A DNA stretch of 36,470 nt from a virus (taxonomy: Duplodnaviria > Caudoviricetes), in IMG/VR virus record IMGVR_UViG_3300020043_001886, positions 1-36,470 of that record. One strand, given 5' to 3'. The notes under the pieces were generated by a model. That model was not told where the DNA came from. It saw only the letters and a list, made by a program, of their open reading frames with translations, and ran no database searches. The position numbers and the translations under genes were made by a program. This document shows, in pieces, positions 25,688-34,424 of the stretch (position 1 is the stretch's first letter; every line of letters begins with the position of its first letter).

Positions 25688-26268
25688 TGTGTTGCCATCG
25701 CTTGCGCGATCCCCGTGTATGTTTCGCTGCGGATTTTCCAACGGTCTTCGCTTGGTGGCAAACGGTTCTGCCCGCTATCGGTTTGGTTTGCCCAACGCTT
25801 TTTACCGTTCACAATACGCGGCTCAACGATGTCAGTAGGCGTGAGCAGAGGTAAATTTTTTAACCACAAACAAGTGCGCTTGCTTGCGTCATGCCCGAAC
25901 TGCCACGGGTTGATGATCTGATCTGGCTTGCGGATGCGGCTAGAGATTACGCTGATCGGGTTCTCAACCGCGATGCGTGGGATGGGTGCAGCCATCAAGC
26001 GCATCACAAAATCTAGTGCGTCTTCGGTCAGTTGTGGGTCACGCAAGCCCCGCGCTGTCCAGTGCATACCAGACACAGACAGGTAGGTGCAGGGAGGATG
26101 CGCGATCATCATGTCCCAACCGTTGTTGATGATGTCAAACACATCGCCTTGATAGTGCGGTCCTGGTGCATCAGTGGGCAGCAAATCACAAGACATAGCG
26201 TCGTGTCCTTTGGCGATGAATGCGTCGCGTACTGTACCGCTATACTCACAGGCTATTAATATATGCAT
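25678..26268 (-). CDS. Compact C5 cytosine DNA methyltransferase-like protein
   Basis: LIACEYSG (degenerate motif I), GDV, AHPPC (catalytic PC), VENP (motif VI), C-terminal RSETYTGIAQAMATQW. Confidence 0.75.
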   Translation of the reverse strand: MHILIACEYSGTVRDAFIAKGHDAMSCDLLPTDAPGPHYQGDVFDIINNGWDMMIAHPPCTYLSVSGMHWTARGLRDPQLTEDALDFVMRLMAAPIPRIAVENPISVISSRIRKPDQIINPWQFGHDASKRTCLWLKNLPLLTPTDIVEPRIVNGKKRWANQTDSGQNRLPPSEDRWKIRSETYTGIAQAMATQWN

Positions 26269-26518
26269 CGATTTGCTCCTTGCTCCATAGTGTCGTGTAC
26301 TGTTGATTAAGTCTTTTCATTTCTTCGGCGAACAACTTTTGCAACGGTGAAAGCCTCCCACCCTTGGTTTTCAACTCCACGAATATCGTCCTGCCGTCTG
26401 GCAGACACGCTATCCTGTCCGACACGCCTTTGTGTGCGGGTGATGTGAACTTGTAGCTTTTGCCACCTATTCGCTCTATAGCCCATATGAAATAAGCCTC
26501 GATCTCTTTTTCTTTCAT
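26246..26518 (-). CDS. VRR-NUC domain nuclease
   Basis: EKEIE...GG..YKFTSP...GVSDRI...FVELKT.GGRLSPLQ. Start placed at ATG 26518. Confidence 0.9.
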   Translation of the reverse strand: MKEKEIEAYFIWAIERIGGKSYKFTSPAHKGVSDRIACLPDGRTIFVELKTKGGRLSPLQKLFAEEMKRLNQQYTTLWSKEQIDAYINSL

Positions 26519-26580
26519 GTGACGAAATATAACATGAAAAAAGTATTTGACAACATTTAATTTTATGTGATCTAATGAAA
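26519..26580. promoter_or_regulatory. Overlapping divergent sigma70-type promoters
   Basis: Plus strand: TTGACA 26547-26552 and TG-A-TCTAAT 26568-26576. Minus strand: TTGTCA 26553-26548 and TG-T-TATATT, with TATATT at 26531-26526. Located in an AT-rich gap between divergent operons. Confidence 0.68.
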
Positions 26581-26602
26581 GTTCTAAACAGGAGACTACA
26601 GT

Positions 26603-26806
26603 ATGAAAAACGAACCTGCATTTCCTTGTGAATGGGCAAAAGTCCACCACACACCTGGCATGACATTGCGTGATTACTTTGCGGCAAAGGCTATGACCTC
26701 CACGCTTACGGGGGGTAATACAGCGGCAAAGGAGTCAATAGAAAATATGGCTACTCATGCGTATAGACTTGCAGACGCAATGATGGAGGTTCGCAATGCT
26801 ACATAG
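26603..26806 (+). CDS. Conserved phage protein with GMTLRDYFAAKAM motif
   Basis: PAFP...GMTLRDYFAAKAM...AYRLADAMMEVR; AGGAG RBS. Confidence 0.82.
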   Translation: MKNEPAFPCEWAKVHHTPGMTLRDYFAAKAMTSTLTGGNTAAKESIENMATHAYRLADAMMEVRNAT

Positions 26807-27887
26807 TTCAATAGTCGGTGGTTCAACAGCAAAGCGGGTCATCAGTTGCCCAGCATCAGTCAAGCTAGTGGCTAAGATGCCACCTAAGCCATCAAGTGTT
26901 CACGCAGACCGTGGCACACTACTGCATGATGCTATCGCGCTTATCCTTGAAGGCAAGCCAGACGTAGTCGGCATGAAGTACAACGACATCACGCTTACAC
27001 AGGAGTTATACGATGAAAAGATTGTCCCTGCGTTGGCGTTTCTGGATGAACTCGACGCTTCCACAACTATGGAATACGCCGTTGAATCCCGTGTGGGCTT
27101 TGGTGATCTATTACCTGGGGTGTTTGGCTCTGCTGATCTGCTCGGTCGTGTCGGTCGCCGCGCTATTGTTCTTGATTGGAAGTTTGGTGATGGTGTGGCA
27201 GTTAATGCTGTAGAAAACGAGCAGGGTATGTTCTACGCAGCCGCTGCGATGCGCACGTTAGAAACAGAATGGGTGTTTGATGGCGCAGATGAAATAGAGA
27301 TTGTGATTGTGCAGCCGCCTGTTATACGCCGTTGGTTGACAACACCCGAACGCATTAAAGCGTTTGAGCGCGAGTTGGTTGCAGCCGTTAAGCAGTCACA
27401 GAAAGATGACGCACCGTTTAAGACTGGCGATCATTGCCGTTGGTGCGCAGCCAAGCCCGTGTGTCCACAGATGACAGGCGAAGTCGATCGCTTTGTTAAG
27501 ACATCCTTACAAACAATTGACGCAACACAGATCGGTCACTACTTGCAGCAAGCTGACCAGATAGAAGAGTTTATTAAGTCGGTGCGTGAGATGGCTTTCA
27601 CCATGCTTGAGAACGATGTCAAGGTGCCTGGATACAAGTTGGTGGCCAAGCGCGGTACGCGTCAGTGGGTCGATGAAAAGAAAGCCGAAGAATTATTAGG
27701 TGACAATGCATACGAAAAGAAGTTAATATCTGTCGCTCAAGCTGAGAAGCTAATCGGCAAAAAGAATTTCCCGCAGGAACTGGCTGTATCGGTTTCTACG
27801 GGCAATACGCTGGCAAACGAGGATGATCCTCGCCCAGCAATCCTGAACATTGGTAAGCAACTTACTAATGCTCTTTCTAAACTTTAA
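26796..27887 (+). CDS. PD-(D/E)XK exonuclease, DUF2800 / Cas4-like, with Fe-S cysteines
   Basis: CPAS...GTLLH, FGSAD, LDWKFG, QGMFYA and HCRWC..KPVCP (1+3 Cys arrangement). Confidence 0.88.
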   Translation: MLHSSIVGGSTAKRVISCPASVKLVAKMPPKPSSVHADRGTLLHDAIALILEGKPDVVGMKYNDITLTQELYDEKIVPALAFLDELDASTTMEYAVESRVGFGDLLPGVFGSADLLGRVGRRAIVLDWKFGDGVAVNAVENEQGMFYAAAAMRTLETEWVFDGADEIEIVIVQPPVIRRWLTTPERIKAFERELVAAVKQSQKDDAPFKTGDHCRWCAAKPVCPQMTGEVDRFVKTSLQTIDATQIGHYLQQADQIEEFIKSVREMAFTMLENDVKVPGYKLVAKRGTRQWVDEKKAEELLGDNAYEKKLISVAQAEKLIGKKNFPQELAVSVSTGNTLANEDDPRPAILNIGKQLTNALSKL

Positions 27888-27897
27888 AGGAACAGTA

Positions 27898-28542
27898 ATG
27901 TCTAATATCGCAACTTTTAAATCCGCTAATCTCCCCGCAGTTACATCGTTGTCGCAATCGCTTCGCGCGCTTGAGCAAGATGTGGGCGCTGTCGGTTCCG
28001 TCATCATCAAGATGGATAAGACAGGTCATTGGGTATTCGGTGCAGATCAGACCGAAGTCGAAGATGACGCTAAATGGGCAGTCAATCCTTTCTCGTTCGT
28101 CCACGGCTATATTGCGTGGGGCGAAGGTGAAGTTTTGGGTGAGAAGATGGTGTCGGTATCAGAGCCGCTGCCTGCTCTTGATGTTGCGCCCCCAAACGCT
28201 AAACGCGGATGGGAAACCCAAGTCGGTATGTCGCTTAAGTGCATCAGCGGCGAAGACGAGGGAATGGAAGCTCGTTACACCGTCACAAGCGTTGGTGGTA
28301 AGCGCGCAGTTCAAGCCTTGGCAGTCGCCATCGCTAACCAAGTTGATGCAGATCAGAGTAAGCCTGTTCCAGTTGTTAAACTGAAAAAGGAACACTATCA
28401 GCATAAGTCCTATGGCCGTATCTACACACCGATTTTTGAAATCGTTGAGTGGGTAGGCATGGATGGTGAAGCTAAGGCTACTGAGGAAGAGTATGCTGAA
28501 GCGTCGCAGCCTGCACGTCGCCGTCGCGTAGCGTCGGCCTAA
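27898..28542 (+). CDS. Putative single-stranded DNA-binding protein
   Basis: AAAGGA RBS before ATG 27898; aromatic beta-rich core (YQHKSYGRIYTPIFEIVEW) and charged tail; sits between exonuclease and polymerase as in APSE-like modules. Confidence 0.68.
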   Translation: MSNIATFKSANLPAVTSLSQSLRALEQDVGAVGSVIIKMDKTGHWVFGADQTEVEDDAKWAVNPFSFVHGYIAWGEGEVLGEKMVSVSEPLPALDVAPPNAKRGWETQVGMSLKCISGEDEGMEARYTVTSVGGKRAVQALAVAIANQVDADQSKPVPVVKLKKEHYQHKSYGRIYTPIFEIVEWVGMDGEAKATEEEYAEASQPARRRRVASA

Positions 28543-28551
28543 GTAAGGTCA

Positions 28552-28571
28552 GGGGCGGTCTAGGCCGCCCC
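28552..28571 (+). terminator. GC-rich hairpin after the SSB gene (no U tract)
   Basis: GGGGCGGT-CTAG-GCCGCCCC. Confidence 0.5.
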
Positions 28572-28588
28572 GCCTACAGGACAAAATA

Positions 28589-29356
28589 ATGAGAACACTT
28601 GTGTGGTTTTCTTGTGGCGCAGCAAGCGCCGTGGCAGCTAAGATGGCTGTCGATAAATACCCAGATTGTGAAGTGTTGTATTGCGATACGCTTGCATATG
28701 AACACCCAGACAATATGCGGTTCCTAAACGATGTCGCTAAATGGATTGGCAAAGAAATTAAATTATTAAAGTCAGCTAAGTACACAGACATTTTTGATGT
28801 GTTTGACAAGACTGGCTGGTTGATCGGTGTAGGGGGCGCGCGCTGCACGACTGAGTTAAAGAAGAATGTGCGCAAACAATACGAGCGCCCTGATGACCTG
28901 CATATCTTTGGTCTGACTAAAGATGAGGCCAAGCGCATTGAACGCTTTGAAGACCAGAACTCAGACACTAAAGTTGAGTGGATTCTGGAGAACACTACTA
29001 AAAAAGATTGTTACCGTATTGTCCAAGAGGCAGGCATTGAATTGCCTGAGATGTACAAACTTGGCTACAACAATAACAACTGCATTGGTTGCGTCAAAGG
29101 TCAGGCAGGCTACTGGAATAAAATCCGTGTAGATTTTCCTGATGCGTTTGATCGCATGGCAAAGCAAGAGCGCAAGATGGGTGTAGCGATCAACAAGTCC
29201 TATGCGGGCGATGGTAAGCGCAAGCGTATATTCTTGGATGAACTAAACCCCAACTATGGGCGTAACGTGCCGCTGCCAGACATCGAATGCGGCGCGATCT
29301 GCATTGCCCCAGAAGAAAAGTTTGAAACGGTGTCGCGCTATGATTCTTTGGCTTGA
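28589..29356 (+). CDS. PAPS-reductase-like PP-loop enzyme with probable Fe-S cysteines
   Basis: VWFSCGAAS (variant of SGGKDS), YCDT..EHPDN.RFL, ARCTTELKK, MYKLGY.NNNCIGCVKG and a C-terminal ECGAIC. Confidence 0.75.
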   Translation: MRTLVWFSCGAASAVAAKMAVDKYPDCEVLYCDTLAYEHPDNMRFLNDVAKWIGKEIKLLKSAKYTDIFDVFDKTGWLIGVGGARCTTELKKNVRKQYERPDDLHIFGLTKDEAKRIERFEDQNSDTKVEWILENTTKKDCYRIVQEAGIELPEMYKLGYNNNNCIGCVKGQAGYWNKIRVDFPDAFDRMAKQERKMGVAINKSYAGDGKRKRIFLDELNPNYGRNVPLPDIECGAICIAPEEKFETVSRYDSLA

Positions 29357-31262
29357 TTTTGAGACGCGCAGCCGCTGCGACCTAAAGAAGCACGGCGTTT
29401 ACAACTACGCCCAAGACGGTACGACTGAAGTGCTCTGTATGTCCTACGCCTTTGATGACGAGGACGTGCAAACTTGGACGTCTGGCGCGATACCTGAGCG
29501 CATCCTTAACCATACTGGCGAGATCCGTGCGCACAACGCAGCCTTTGAGCGGCTAATTTTTTGGTATGTATTACAGATTGATTTTAAGCTAGAGCAGTTC
29601 TATTGCACCGCAGCACAAGCGCGCGCCAATTGTGCGCCTGGGAGTTTAGAGGACGTAGGACGCTTTGCAGGCGCAAGCATGAAGAAAGACCACAGAGGCG
29701 CGCAACTGATCCGTCTGTTGTCGATACCGCGCGCCGATGGTACATTTAACGAGTCCCTCGACTTGATGTCCGAGATGGTGGCCTATTGTGAGCAAGATGT
29801 TAGAGCTATGCGGGCGATCAGTCTTGGCCTGCGTGAGCTTTCAAAAAATGAACTTGACGATTACCATGTCAACGAACGCATCAACGATCGTGGCGTCTTG
29901 GTAGATGTGCCGTTGTGCGATGCAGCAATCAAATACGCGGCTGCTGAATTGGACGAGATACAACAAATTGTTGTTGAAGTCACTAAAGGCGCGATTAAGT
30001 CTGTGCGCTCACCCAAGATGCGTGAGTGGGTCATGGCGCGTGTGACGCCAGAGCAACTAAAACTTATGGAGGTGGAAGATGGAAAATATTCGATCGACAA
30101 AACTGTACGCGCTAACTTACTCGCCTGCGAAGACCTTGCGCCCGACGTCGCCGAGGTTATCCAGTGCGCCGATGACCTCTGGGCGAGTTCGGTTGCGAAG
30201 TTCAGCCGCCTTAAAGACTTGGCAGATGCAGAGGATGGCCGCGTCAGAGGCGCGTTTGTGTTCGCAGGGGGTAGCGCCACAGGTCGCGCGTCTTCTTTCG
30301 GGGCACAAGTCCACAACTTCACTCGAAAGTGTGCGGATAGCCCCGAGGAGGTACGCACTGCAATGGTTCGGGGTCACGCCATCGTCCCCAAGTTCGGCAA
30401 GCGGGTCACAGACGTCTTAAAAGGTATGCTCAGACCCGCGCTTATGGCTGCGCCTGGGCGTGTGTTGATCGCTGCCGATTGGTCGAGCATTGAAGCGCGT
30501 ATGAACCCGTGGCTTTCCAACTGCGCCTCTGGTATGGCTAAGTTAGACTTGTTTGCCAAGGGCGAGGACGTGTACAAATTTAACGCTGCCGCGACCTTTG
30601 CCGTGCGTGTTGCAGATGTAAATAAAGATCAGCGTCAGATCGGCAAAGTCCAAGAGTTGGCCTGCGGTTTTGCGGGTGGCATTGGTGCCTTTGCTGCGAT
30701 GGGTCGGGCGTATGGTATACATCTACCAGAGTCAGACGCCAGACGCATGGTGGACGCTTGGCGCCGCGCTAATCCGTGGGCGGTTTCGTACTGGTCTGAT
30801 CTTGAGTCAGCGTACACACGCGCCATGCGAAATAAAGGCTACGAGTTTACTGCGGGTCGAGTAACATATCTATTCGATGGATCGCATCTCTGGTATGCGC
30901 TCCCCTCAGGTCGGGCGCTATGCTACCCGTTCGCACGATTGGAAAAAGAAGGTGTGACATATGCCAAAGCCGCTTGGAAACCCGCAGCAGATGCCAAAGA
31001 GTGGCCGCGCGCTAGGCTATGGAAAGGCTTGGCTTGCGAGAACATTACCCAAGCTGCGGCGAATGATGTCCTACGCGCATCTTTGGCTAAACTTGACGAT
31101 GTCGTGCTGCACGTCCATGATGAAATCGTTGTGGAGTGTGACGCGTCAGAAGCTGAAGAAGTTAAAGCGCGTATTGAACTGGTAATGTGTACGCCGCCTG
31201 AGTGGTGCGCTGATCTGCCGTTGGGGGTCGAGGCCGCCATTATGCAGAGGTACGGTAAGTAA
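29340..31262 (+). CDS. DNA polymerase family A with 3'-5' exonuclease (APSE-like)
   Basis: Exo I DFET, Exo II AHNAAFER, Exo III YCEQD; motif A ADWSSIEAR, motif B RQIGKVQELACGF, motif C HVHDE. Start placed at ATG 29340. Confidence 0.93.
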   Translation: MILWLDFETRSRCDLKKHGVYNYAQDGTTEVLCMSYAFDDEDVQTWTSGAIPERILNHTGEIRAHNAAFERLIFWYVLQIDFKLEQFYCTAAQARANCAPGSLEDVGRFAGASMKKDHRGAQLIRLLSIPRADGTFNESLDLMSEMVAYCEQDVRAMRAISLGLRELSKNELDDYHVNERINDRGVLVDVPLCDAAIKYAAAELDEIQQIVVEVTKGAIKSVRSPKMREWVMARVTPEQLKLMEVEDGKYSIDKTVRANLLACEDLAPDVAEVIQCADDLWASSVAKFSRLKDLADAEDGRVRGAFVFAGGSATGRASSFGAQVHNFTRKCADSPEEVRTAMVRGHAIVPKFGKRVTDVLKGMLRPALMAAPGRVLIAADWSSIEARMNPWLSNCASGMAKLDLFAKGEDVYKFNAAATFAVRVADVNKDQRQIGKVQELACGFAGGIGAFAAMGRAYGIHLPESDARRMVDAWRRANPWAVSYWSDLESAYTRAMRNKGYEFTAGRVTYLFDGSHLWYALPSGRALCYPFARLEKEGVTYAKAAWKPAADAKEWPRARLWKGLACENITQAAANDVLRASLAKLDDVVLHVHDEIVVECDASEAEEVKARIELVMCTPPEWCADLPLGVEAAIMQRYGK

Positions 31263-31268
31263 AAAAGA

Positions 31269-31290
31269 AGCCCACCTGTCGGGGTGGGCT
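31269..31290. terminator. Hairpin between polymerase and primase genes
   Basis: AGCCCACC-tgtcgg-GGTGGGCT preceded by an A run (31261-31266), so it reads as a terminator on the minus strand. Confidence 0.55.
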
Positions 31291-31313
31291 AAGACAAACC
31301 AAGGAGAATTACT

Positions 31314-33629
31314 TTGTCGAGTGTACAACAAAATTTTATTCAATATCTATCTGGCCTTGCTATGCAGGGTGAAACATCTCTAATTGTTCGCCAAAAACCA
31401 CAATTTAAAGACGGCGCAATGCAACTCCACGCCAACGGCGCGATCAAAGCGACGTGGCCTGCTTATCTGCCTACCCAAAAAGTCAAGCCCGATTGGGCGG
31501 TGTATGGCAACACGGCGTCCTTTATTATTGATCGCTTTACTGAAGGCTACCCAAGCGCGTCAGTCAGTAACGCTGAGTACGTTATGGTGATGGTCTTGGA
31601 CGATGTCGGCGACCCTGACAAAGCGCCCAACATCCCGCCTTTGCAGCCAACTTGGAAGATGGAGACATCTGCCGGATCGTTCCAATGGGGTTACACCTTC
31701 TCAGATCAGCCCACAACGGGCGAATTTACAGCGGCCATTAAAGCTATAGCAGCGGCGGGTTACACCGATCCTGGAGCGACTAATGCGGTGCGTAATTTCC
31801 GTCTGCCTGGTTCGATCAACTTAAAGCCTGGGCGCGACAATTTTGCGTCCGTCTTGACCGAGTTTGACCCCAAAATTGAGTACACATTAGAAGAAATCTG
31901 CACGGCGTTTAACGTCACGCCAGAGGCCGCAGACACCGCAACCCTTCGCGCAGTCCGGCTGATGGACGATGGTAATGATGATGTCGTGCGTTGGTTGTCG
32001 GTCAATAGTCTGATCATATCTAAACCGAATAACCAAGGTTGGATGGGCGTTGTTTGCCCTAATTTTGAACAGCATACCGATGGCAACCCAGAGGGGCGCT
32101 ATCTACCCTTGACCCGCGCGTTTTGCTGTCTGCACTCGCATTGCATTGACTTTGATAGCGCGTCATTCTTAGGATGGGTAGAGGAGCAGGGTGGTCCTAA
32201 ACACTCGCCTGGACTCAGAGAGGAGTTGTTGGCCTCCAGTATGACCGCTGCGCTATCCAAGTTGACACCCACCGAGGCGTTTCCAGACAGGGGTGCTGAG
32301 ATCATTGCCGAGGTCGAGCGTAAAGAGGTCGGACGGGTAGAGAAGGCGGGTTGGTTTGACCGTTTTGCGTACCTCCAAGCTGATGATGCTTATTTTGATT
32401 TGCATGAACGTAACCAAATATCACGTCAATCATTTAACGCGTTGTTCCGACACATAGATTGTAAGAGCGCACATAACGCTAAACGCCGCGTTGAGGCGTC
32501 CGTATCGTTCGATGAGCTTAGACAGAAATACGGCGCGCCCGCCTTGACTGGCATTACTTTTGCAGCGGGCGATGACGTGCTAGTGTCGCGCGGCGGGTTA
32601 GTCTACGCCAACAAATGGCGCAATCTACGCCCGCCCGTTGTGCCTGGAGACGTTAACCCGTGGCTCATACACGGCGAGCGCTTGATTCCTAATGATGCCG
32701 AGCGCAATCATGTATTGGACGCTATGGCCTATAAGCTGCAAAATCCCAAGGGTAAGGTAAACCATGCAATCCTACACGCTGGGCGCAGTCGCTCAGGTAA
32801 GGACAGCTTTTGGGCGCCGTTCTTTTGGGGTATCAAGGGCGATAGTCAAGATAACGTCAAATTAATGGCCGCCGTTCAGTTGCAACAGCAATTTCACTAT
32901 CAGTTAGAAACGGAAGTGCTAGTACTGAACGAATTAAAAGAGCCTGACGCACGAGAGCGCCGCGCGCTAGCGAATGCACTCAAGCCCATCATTGCCGCCC
33001 CGCCAGATATGATAAGCATCAACAGAAAGGGCTTGAAACCCTATGAGATGATTAATAGGTTGTTTGTAGTGGCGTTCAGTAACGATAAGCTGTCCATTAC
33101 GCTAGATTCGGATGACGGGCGATGGTTCTGTATATGGTCGGACGCCCCCAGAATGACCGAGGAAGAAAGCGCCCGCTTATGGGCTTGGTATAACGCGGGC
33201 GGGTTGTCTGCCGTTGCGGCATGGCTATACGCGCGGGACGTTAGCAAGTTTAATCCCAAGGCAATCCCCTTTGAAACCGAGTTTAAGCGCAGCATGATCG
33301 AACAGGGTATGAGCGGCGCAGAATCCAGTATTTACCATGATTTGATCGAGCGCAAGGGTGAATTTAGCAGAGGTGTAATTTCTAGCCCATTTCAGGCACT
33401 CTGCGCCCGTATGAGTAATACTGGCGTAAAAATCCCCGTACCCGCGCTTATACACGCGCTAGCCGAGGCTAAGTGGGTTGATCTGGGCTTAGTTATGTGT
33501 CGCGAATACACGACCAAGAAACACCTATATGCCGCGCCTGAGATGGTTGCCAAATACCCCAAGTCAGAGCTGCGGCGCATGGTCGAGGAATTGCCCGCGA
33601 CATCGCCGCCACTACAGATCGTGAAATAA
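31314..33629 (+). CDS. Primase-helicase: RepB-like AEP primase, Zn-finger and SF3/DUF5906-like helicase
   Basis: TTG start with AAGGAG RBS; VLDDVG, ETSAGSFQWGY, RNFRLPGSIN; CP....H...C.HSHC; GRSRSGKD Walker A, VLNE Walker B, AFSN motif C. Confidence 0.88.
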   Translation: MSSVQQNFIQYLSGLAMQGETSLIVRQKPQFKDGAMQLHANGAIKATWPAYLPTQKVKPDWAVYGNTASFIIDRFTEGYPSASVSNAEYVMVMVLDDVGDPDKAPNIPPLQPTWKMETSAGSFQWGYTFSDQPTTGEFTAAIKAIAAAGYTDPGATNAVRNFRLPGSINLKPGRDNFASVLTEFDPKIEYTLEEICTAFNVTPEAADTATLRAVRLMDDGNDDVVRWLSVNSLIISKPNNQGWMGVVCPNFEQHTDGNPEGRYLPLTRAFCCLHSHCIDFDSASFLGWVEEQGGPKHSPGLREELLASSMTAALSKLTPTEAFPDRGAEIIAEVERKEVGRVEKAGWFDRFAYLQADDAYFDLHERNQISRQSFNALFRHIDCKSAHNAKRRVEASVSFDELRQKYGAPALTGITFAAGDDVLVSRGGLVYANKWRNLRPPVVPGDVNPWLIHGERLIPNDAERNHVLDAMAYKLQNPKGKVNHAILHAGRSRSGKDSFWAPFFWGIKGDSQDNVKLMAAVQLQQQFHYQLETEVLVLNELKEPDARERRALANALKPIIAAPPDMISINRKGLKPYEMINRLFVVAFSNDKLSITLDSDDGRWFCIWSDAPRMTEEESARLWAWYNAGGLSAVAAWLYARDVSKFNPKAIPFETEFKRSMIEQGMSGAESSIYHDLIERKGEFSRGVISSPFQALCARMSNTGVKIPVPALIHALAEAKWVDLGLVMCREYTTKKHLYAAPEMVAKYPKSELRRMVEELPATSPPLQIVK

Positions 33630-33632
33630 ATT

Positions 33633-33655
33633 AAGCCCCCGTTAGGGGGCTTTTT
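33633..33655 (+). terminator. Intrinsic terminator between convergent operons (possibly bidirectional)
   Basis: AAGCCCCC-GTTA-GGGGGCTTTTT. Confidence 0.85.
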
Positions 33656-33702
33656 CTATACATCAAAAACAATAATTATGAGCACTACTATTGCACCAGT
33701 TA

Positions 33703-33924
33703 TCAAGGGAAGCATTTCAGCGCCTCCGCAAAGATAGGATGAACATTGTCCCAATAAGTGCCTATCTGCGAAGGGAATACGGGCTTAAAGTATGCCTTCT
33801 CATCCATTGCTTTGACGTAAACATACCCGCTTTTCTTGTCGAAATCATGGACGGTATACGCCGTGTTTTTGAGGTGTACTACGTCACCGCGCTCAACTGG
33901 TTGTCCGTTTGTATACTTAAGCAT
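33703..33924 (-). CDS. Early-region hypothetical protein (SH3-like beta pattern)
   Basis: AGGAG RBS; GQPVERGDVVHL. Confidence 0.7.
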   Translation of the reverse strand: MLKYTNGQPVERGDVVHLKNTAYTVHDFDKKSGYVYVKAMDEKAYFKPVFPSQIGTYWDNVHPIFAEALKCFP

Positions 33925-34084
33925 GATCTACTCCTGTAATGTCGATTAAGTTTTCTTTAGTAATAGGCGTCCATTCATATATGGGCGCATCAATGGCTAT
34001 TTCTTGTGCCTCCTCATCATCGCGCGCCGGAACGTCAATGTATACCCGCTGGATGTACTCGCCATAAACTCTATAAGTTTTCAT
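33917..34084 (-). CDS. Early-region hypothetical protein, 55 aa
   Basis: AAGGA RBS before ATG 34084; MKTYRV...IDVPARDDEEAQEIA (common VxAxxxxEA module). Confidence 0.72.
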   Translation of the reverse strand: MKTYRVYGEYIQRVYIDVPARDDEEAQEIAIDAPIYEWTPITKENLIDITGVDHA

Positions 34085-34086
34085 TT

Positions 34087-34260
34087 TTAATCCTTTGCAA
34101 AGTTTGCAACAAAACCCCATTGTGGGCGCTCAATCTTTGCGGCGGCGATAGCATCTTTACAGGTGCGGTATGCGTTTGTCGACCAAGCGTAATAAAGACC
34201 GTTTGGCTTTTTAAAATAAACGTGTATTTTGCGTTTATATACTTTGAAATCAGTTTTCAT
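34087..34260 (-). CDS. Early-region basic hypothetical protein, 57 aa (not in the ORF track)
   Basis: MKTDFKVYKRKIHVYFKKPNGLYYAWSTNAYRTCKDAIAAAKIERPQWGFVANFAKD; GGAGG RBS. Confidence 0.75.
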   Translation of the reverse strand: MKTDFKVYKRKIHVYFKKPNGLYYAWSTNAYRTCKDAIAAAKIERPQWGFVANFAKD

Positions 34261-34424
34261 TTATTAGCCTCCCTAAGTTTTTCCGCCATTGCCTGGGTTA
34301 ACCCGTAGTAGTCGGGCGTGACATCAAACCGCCCGCATTCGGACGTGTAAGCGTCCGTGATTTCCATATCGTTGATGACGTAAGCATAGACTGGCGCGCC
34401 AGTCGCATCGGTTGTGAGTATCAT
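34257..34424 (-). CDS. Early-region hypothetical protein, 55 aa (not in the ORF track)
   Basis: MILTTDATGAPVYAYVINDMEITDAYTSECGRFDVTPDYYGLTQAMAEKLREANK; GGAG RBS and ATGA overlaps. Confidence 0.7.
   Translation of the reverse strand: MILTTDATGAPVYAYVINDMEITDAYTSECGRFDVTPDYYGLTQAMAEKLREANK

Noticed and set aside
26796-27887. Cas4 as part of a CRISPR system
   Set aside because: No other cas genes or array. The exonuclease-SSB-polymerase context is the standard phage replication module.
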